Positions 27,426-32,000 of a stretch of 32,000 nucleotides of DNA are shown here, one piece after another. The notes below the pieces were generated by a model that was given only the letters and a program-made list of their open reading frames with translations, did not search any database and had not been told where the DNA came from. Position numbers and translations under genes: made by a program. The stretch's first letter is position 1, and each line of letters opens with the position of its first letter. The stretch is from Pseudodesulfovibrio piezophilus C1TLV30 (GTDB lineage: Bacteria > Desulfobacterota > Desulfovibrionia > Desulfovibrionales > Desulfovibrionaceae): the NCBI RefSeq assembly GCF_000341895.1, contig NC_020409.1:2700001-2732000 (forward strand), read 5' to 3'.

Positions 27426-29330
27426 ATGGAAAAAACTACTGAATCTGTCGAAGTCCCCGAGATGGAAATGGAAATGAACTTTGCAGATGCTCTTGACGAG
27501 TATCTCAATTCCGATTTCGGAGATCTTGACGAAGGCACCATTGTTGCCGGTGAAATCGTCAAAGTCGACAAAGACTACGTCCTCGTTGATGTGAATTTCA
27601 AATCCGAGGGCCAGATTCCTGTTTCGGAATTCACCGAGCCTGATGGAACCATTACCGTCAAGGTCGGTGAAAAGGTCGATGTCTTCGTTGCTCGCAAAAA
27701 TGAGGCCGAAGGCACTATCTACCTGTCCCGCGACAAGGCCAAGCGGATGCAGCTTTTCGACAAGCTGGAAGAACTGCAGGAAAAAGACGGCGAAGCCGTT
27801 GGTCGCATCATCCGTCGCATCAAGGGTGGTTACACCGTTGATCTCGGCGGCGTCGAAGCATTCCTGCCTGGCTCCCATGTTGATCTGCGTCCTGTCCCTG
27901 ACATGGATGCCCTGGTCAATCAGGAGTTCGACTTCAAGATCCTGAAAATCAACCGTCGCCGGAGCAACGTCATTGTTTCCCGCCGTGTCCTCCTTGAGGA
28001 AATGCGCAGTGAACAGCGTGACAAGCTGCTCGGCACTCTGGAAGATGGTCAGGTCGTTACCGGTAAGGTCAAGAATATCACCGAATACGGTGTCTTCATC
28101 GATCTCGGCGGCCTCGATGGTCTTCTGCATATCACCGACATGTCCTGGAAGCGTATCAAGCATCCCAAGGAAATGGTCAATCTGGGCGACGATCTCGAGC
28201 TGAAGATTCTCAGCTTCGACCGCGAAGCCCAGAAAGTTTCCCTCGGTCTCAAGCAGCTCGTGCCTGATCCGTGGGAAAATATCGCTGAGAAGTATCCTCA
28301 GGATTCCCGCTTCAACGGCACAATCACCAACCTCGCCGATTACGGTGCGTTTGTTGAGCTGGAGAACGGCGTGGAAGGCCTGGTGCACATCTCCGAGATG
28401 TCCTGGACCCGCAAGCTTCGTCACCCTTCCCAGATGGTCAAGGTCGGCGACGAAGTGGAAGTCATTGTGCTGGGCGTTGACCAGGACAAGAAGCGCATCT
28501 CTCTCGGTATGAAGCAGATATCCCCGAATCCGTGGGATGTCGTTGCCGAGAAGTATCCCGAGGGCACTGTCCTTGAGGGCGCTATCAAGAATATTACTGA
28601 ATTCGGCGTCTTCATCGGTATCGAAGAAGGCATCGACGGTCTTATCCATGTGTCCGATATCTCCTGGACCAAGAAAATCCGCCATCCTTCCGAGGTGTAC
28701 AAGGCCGGTGACGCTGTTCAGGCCAAGGTTCTGACCGTGGACAAGGAAAATGAGAAATTCACCCTTGGTGTCAAGCAGTTGACCGAAGACCCGTGGACTC
28801 AGGTTCCCTCCAAGTACCCCGTGGGTCAGATGATCACCGGCACCGTCACCAACATTACTGACTTCGGTCTGTTTGTTGAGGTTGAGGAAGGCATCGAAGG
28901 CCTGGTTCACGTCTCCGAGATCAGCCGCAAAAAGGTCAAATCTCCTTCCGAGATGTTCAAGGAAGGCGATTCCATTGAAGCCAAGGTTATTCACGTTTCC
29001 GCTGACGAGCGTCGCCTCGGTTTGTCAATCAAGCAGACCAAGGAAGAAGCTGCCGGAAGTGGACGCAAGTCCAAGAGCTTCGGTGGAACCACTTCTGGTG
29101 GTGACATTGCGGGTTCCACTCTGGGCGATCTGCTTCGCGAGAAGCTGGAAGAAGCCGCAGGTGAAATTCCGGTCGACGAGCCTGAAGTCGAAGCCGCTCC
29201 CGAGGTCGAAGCCGCTCCCGAGGTCGAAGCCGCTCCTGAAGTCGAAGCCGCTCCTGAAGTTGAAGCCGCTCCCGAAGCAGAAGCAGAAGCTTCTGCCGAA
29301 GTTGAAGCTCCGACTGAAGAAGAGAAATAG
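27426..29330 (+). CDS. rpsA: 30S ribosomal protein S1 (six S1 domains) with an acidic repeat tail
   Basis: Six repeats of the S1 OB-fold pattern are present (G.V..I..YG.F..L.. G..GL.H.S..SW). GGAGG lies 6 nt upstream of the ATG. At 634 aa the protein is longer than typical S1 because of the C-terminal repeat. Confidence 0.96.
   Translation: MEKTTESVEVPEMEMEMNFADALDEYLNSDFGDLDEGTIVAGEIVKVDKDYVLVDVNFKSEGQIPVSEFTEPDGTITVKVGEKVDVFVARKNEAEGTIYLSRDKAKRMQLFDKLEELQEKDGEAVGRIIRRIKGGYTVDLGGVEAFLPGSHVDLRPVPDMDALVNQEFDFKILKINRRRSNVIVSRRVLLEEMRSEQRDKLLGTLEDGQVVTGKVKNITEYGVFIDLGGLDGLLHITDMSWKRIKHPKEMVNLGDDLELKILSFDREAQKVSLGLKQLVPDPWENIAEKYPQDSRFNGTITNLADYGAFVELENGVEGLVHISEMSWTRKLRHPSQMVKVGDEVEVIVLGVDQDKKRISLGMKQISPNPWDVVAEKYPEGTVLEGAIKNITEFGVFIGIEEGIDGLIHVSDISWTKKIRHPSEVYKAGDAVQAKVLTVDKENEKFTLGVKQLTEDPWTQVPSKYPVGQMITGTVTNITDFGLFVEVEEGIEGLVHVSEISRKKVKSPSEMFKEGDSIEAKVIHVSADERRLGLSIKQTKEEAAGSGRKSKSFGGTTSGGDIAGSTLGDLLREKLEEAAGEIPVDEPEVEAAPEVEAAPEVEAAPEVEAAPEVEAAPEAEAEASAEVEAPTEEEK
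29181..29291 (+). repeat. 18-bp in-frame tandem repeat: 5 full copies plus a degenerate continuation
   Basis: The units are CCTGAAGTCGAAGCCGCT (29181), CCCGAGGTCGAAGCCGCT (twice), CCTGAAGTCGAAGCCGCT and CCTGAAGTTGAAGCCGCT. A CCCGAAGCAGAAGCAGAAGCT continuation follows. The repeat encodes (APEVEA)5-APEAEAEA. Confidence 0.95.
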
Positions 29331-29339
29331 AGCCGTTTC

Positions 29340-30242
29340 ATGCGTATGGAAGAAACTCGATTTCGTTTCTCCCAGCGCCACCCCTTTCTCTTTGGGGTGA
29401 TGATGATCATAATAGCTGTGGCCCTCATGTTGGGGGCCACAGCCTTTTTTCGTTCCATGGGCTGGATGGGCAACGGATTTTCATTCGGGCACGAAAAACT
29501 TGGAGTCATTCATGTTCAGGGAATGATCATGGATTCTACCGATGTGGTGAAGTGGGCACGAACGCTTAGGGACGATGATTCCATCAAGGGTGTTCTTCTG
29601 CGGGTCAACTCCCCAGGTGGTGCGATTGCTCCCTCGCAGGAAATGTATCAGGCCATAACAGCACTTGCAGCGGTGAAGCCTGTTGTTGCTTCCTATGGAA
29701 CGGTTGCTGCGAGCGGTGGATATTATGCCTCTGTTCCCGCCCAGTTCATCGTAGCCAATCCCGGTTCACTGACAGCATCTATCGGTGTTATGGCAGAATT
29801 TGTCACGGTTGCCGATGCATTGGAAAGAATTGGCGTGACGCCGGAAGTGCTCACGACAGGCAAATACAAAGCCGCCGGAACCCCCATGCGTTCTCTGTCA
29901 AATGCGCAGCGTGAACAATTGCTGGGAGTTATGCAAGATTTGCATGCTCAGTTTGTGGATGATGTTGCCAAGGCGCGTGGTATGGATCGTGACCGGATTG
30001 ATGCCATTGCTGATGGTCGGGCTGTGACAGGAAGACAGGCGCTTGCTCTTGGTCTGGTGGATATGCTTGGGAGTGAAGAACAGGCTTGTGAGAAACTGAA
30101 AGAAATGTGCAGTATAGAAGGGGCGGTCACTCTTGTGGAAGGCCCCGTTGAAGAAAAGTCCTTGATTCAGGAAATTATAGGTTCGCTTTCCATTAACCTG
30201 ACCTCTTCTCTTCCGAACGGATGGACTTTTTCCTACAAATAA
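29340..30242 (+). CDS. sppA: Signal peptide peptidase SppA (36K type, S49 family)
   Basis: It has an N-terminal TM (FLFGVMMIIIAVALMLGA), then VLLRVNSPGGAIAPS, the nucleophile context VAASGGYYAS, and GKYKAAGTP. It starts 9 nt after the rpsA stop. Confidence 0.88.
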   Translation: MRMEETRFRFSQRHPFLFGVMMIIIAVALMLGATAFFRSMGWMGNGFSFGHEKLGVIHVQGMIMDSTDVVKWARTLRDDDSIKGVLLRVNSPGGAIAPSQEMYQAITALAAVKPVVASYGTVAASGGYYASVPAQFIVANPGSLTASIGVMAEFVTVADALERIGVTPEVLTTGKYKAAGTPMRSLSNAQREQLLGVMQDLHAQFVDDVAKARGMDRDRIDAIADGRAVTGRQALALGLVDMLGSEEQACEKLKEMCSIEGAVTLVEGPVEEKSLIQEIIGSLSINLTSSLPNGWTFSYK

Positions 30243-30481
30243 AATGAATTCTGCCAGTTTCCTTGCTGGGTACCCTTCCTCAAAAAAATCTCATTGAAAA
30301 TCGAAACGTCCAATTTTTTAGGATAATTCGACACTTCTCTCTCAGAGTCAATGGGGCTGTTTTCAAACCCATCTGGTCCACTTTTCGTTATTCTAATAAA
30401 AAAATATCAAGCCTATGGCATGGACCTCGGATTGGTGTGGTCCGGCGTTGAGGCGGCTCCGATCAGTCTGGAACAGGGGTG

Positions 30482-31204
30482 CTATCGAACTGCGTAAAGG
30501 GAGTATTCCATAAAGCGGGTTAACAGGTCCGTAGATTCAGGAGTCTCACAAACCTCACTCAGGAGTGATTCAATGTCCCCGTGGTTTTGTGTTATGCATT
30601 CTGCCTGGCGGGTGATGTAGCACCGCATGTCTTCTGCGCTGAATTCAGGGTGGAATTGAACTCCCCACATGTTCGCACCGATACGAAAGGCTTGATGTGG
30701 TTCATGGTCACTGGTCGCAAGAAGAGTGGCATTGGATGGAAGAATGTTGGCGTGCTGATGGTGCGTCGTATGTCCTGCGAAGCGGTTTGGCATGCTGAAA
30801 AACAGGGGATCATCCTCAGCCGCTGGTGTGAGCGAGATTGTTTTTGTGCCGATTTCTGGCCCTTGTGGGTGAAATCCTGATTGTCCGCCATGAATCATGG
30901 CAAGCAATTGATGTCCGAAGCAAATTCCGAGGATGGGAAGTCCTGTTTCTCCAGCAGAATAAAGCCAGTCGCCTGTTCCATGAATCCATTCAAGATCATC
31001 GGTCACCATGTCGTGCGAGCCGGTAATCACACACCCGTCATAGTGAGTGGGATCAGGAAGTATGGCACCTGTCCTGACATCAACGCAGTTACATTCATCA
31101 GGTGCAAGCTCCATGGATGCGGCTACCCAATGCTCGAAATCACCGTGTTCAGAGGCAAAGTCTGGAAAGGTTCCACCTGTTTTGATGATAAGAAATGATT
31201 TCAT
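30482..31204 (-). CDS. Class I glutamine amidotransferase-like protein
   Basis: The nucleophile elbow is PILGICFGHQLLA and the His/Glu context is WGVQFHPEF. At 240 aa it is a stand-alone GATase1 domain. Confidence 0.85.
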   Translation of the reverse strand: MKSFLIIKTGGTFPDFASEHGDFEHWVAASMELAPDECNCVDVRTGAILPDPTHYDGCVITGSHDMVTDDLEWIHGTGDWLYSAGETGLPILGICFGHQLLAMIHGGQSGFHPQGPEIGTKTISLTPAAEDDPLFFSMPNRFAGHTTHHQHANILPSNATLLATSDHEPHQAFRIGANMWGVQFHPEFSAEDMRCYITRQAECITQNHGDIESLLSEVCETPESTDLLTRFMEYSLYAVR

Positions 31205-31544
31205 TATTATCGAGGAAATTTTTGTGAGTTGCTGTGTTTATTATCCTAAAATGCGCTGATATATCGTGCATGTCAACAGGTGAGCCAGACGAGTCGAGTA
31301 ACTGCGAAAGCGTGTGTCATCTTTGGGAAGGACTCTCTTTGCTCCAGTGCTGCTTCACAAAGTCTCATTCTATTTCAGCATCAGCTGTGCTGTTTTACAG
31401 GGCTTCTGCCGTGGTAAACGAGGTTCACAGAACAGCGAACTTCAGGTTCTTATCTGCCCAATGAAGATTGAAGTCGTGGTCGTCGCGCTTTTATTTGCAA
31501 GGCAACTCTGATATGATGAATCGATAAAATGAATGAGGTGATAT

Positions 31545-32000
31545 ATGAATAATTTGAAGCGACTGAGCACCATATTTTTGTTTTCTCTGTTTTTGGTGGC
31601 CTGTTCGGGTGGAAGTCCGGCCGAAGGGGAACCGAATTCGAAAGATGAAGGTGCGACAGGTGGTGAGTTTCAGCATATGGGCGTGAGTGAACTTGAAACC
31701 TATCTGACGGCCAATCAAGGGAAGCCTACGCTCATGTTTTTTTGGACGACATGGTGTCCATCGTGCAAACAGGAAATCCCTGAAATGGAAGCCCTGGCGA
31801 AATCGCACGGCGATTCTGTTAACGTGATTGCCGTTTCATTGGATGAAAAAGTCGAAGCCTTAGAAACATTTTTTGAGAAAAGGAAGATTGACTTGCCGGT
31901 CTATATCGGTGACGAGGAGCTTGCGCGTCAGTTTGGGATTGAAGCCATTCCCACATTGGTCATGTTTGACAAGAGCGGTAAGCAGGTCTTTGCCAAGCCT
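31545..32000 (+). CDS. TlpA/ResA-like thioredoxin-fold lipoprotein, 3' end outside the window
   Basis: This ORF is not in the ORF track because it has no stop inside the window. My own translation is MNNLKRLSTIFLFSLFLVACSGG... with the lipobox LVAC, then TLMFFWTTWCPSCKQEIPEM (CxxC) and IPTLVMFDKSGK. GAGGTG lies upstream of the ATG. The frame stays open for 152 codons to the window edge. Confidence 0.8.
   Translation, partial: MNNLKRLSTIFLFSLFLVACSGGSPAEGEPNSKDEGATGGEFQHMGVSELETYLTANQGKPTLMFFWTTWCPSCKQEIPEMEALAKSHGDSVNVIAVSLDEKVEALETFFEKRKIDLPVYIGDEELARQFGIEAIPTLVMFDKSGKQVFAKP

Noticed and set aside
30263-30451. A 62-aa TTG-initiated ORF between sppA and the amidotransferase gene.
   Set aside because: It has a TTG start without an RBS, and it lies in an AT-rich convergent intergenic region with homopolymer runs. 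Nothing else supports it.

Overview
The window reads as conserved chromosomal backbone, not an accessory island. Gene content suggests a Desulfovibrio-type deltaproteobacterium: a split F1Fo operon with b'/b subunits, a class II RNR, a kinase with a periplasmic c-haem DUF3365 sensor, and roughly 50% GC by eye. That assignment is inference.

Gene order, left to right:
- mrdA (5' truncated), rodA, bactofilin
- atpF'-F-H-A-G-D-C
- a class I aminotransferase (-)
- a kinase with a solute-binding-domain sensor and two PAS domains
- nrdJ
- a REC-like/TPR protein (-)
- a translationally coupled DUF523/DUF45 pair (-)
- MFS transporter, CheD, stand-alone Hpt, a GT-B-like protein, a secreted AMIN-domain protein
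- pstB-phoU
- a hybrid kinase with a haem-c sensor (-)
- rpsA-sppA
- a class I glutamine amidotransferase (-)
- a 3'-truncated TlpA-like thioredoxin lipoprotein

I found no tRNA or rRNA, no CRISPR array, no transposase or integrase, and no recognisable defence or toxin-antitoxin module. I therefore cannot point to a clear new system.

The candidates most worth follow-up are:
1. The overlapping DUF523 (TudS-like) / DUF45 (YgjP-like) gene pair.
2. An orphan CheD-Hpt-GT-B-AMIN cluster far from any CheA or MCP gene.
3. A TPR protein whose receiver domain carries Glu where the phospho-accepting Asp should be.
4. An 11-bp-phased Pho-box-like triple repeat in front of a pstB-phoU pair that lacks pstSCA.
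5. An 18-bp tandem repeat that gives ribosomal protein S1 an acidic (APEVEA)n tail.

All homology statements come from reading the translated ORFs and recognising motifs. No searches were run.
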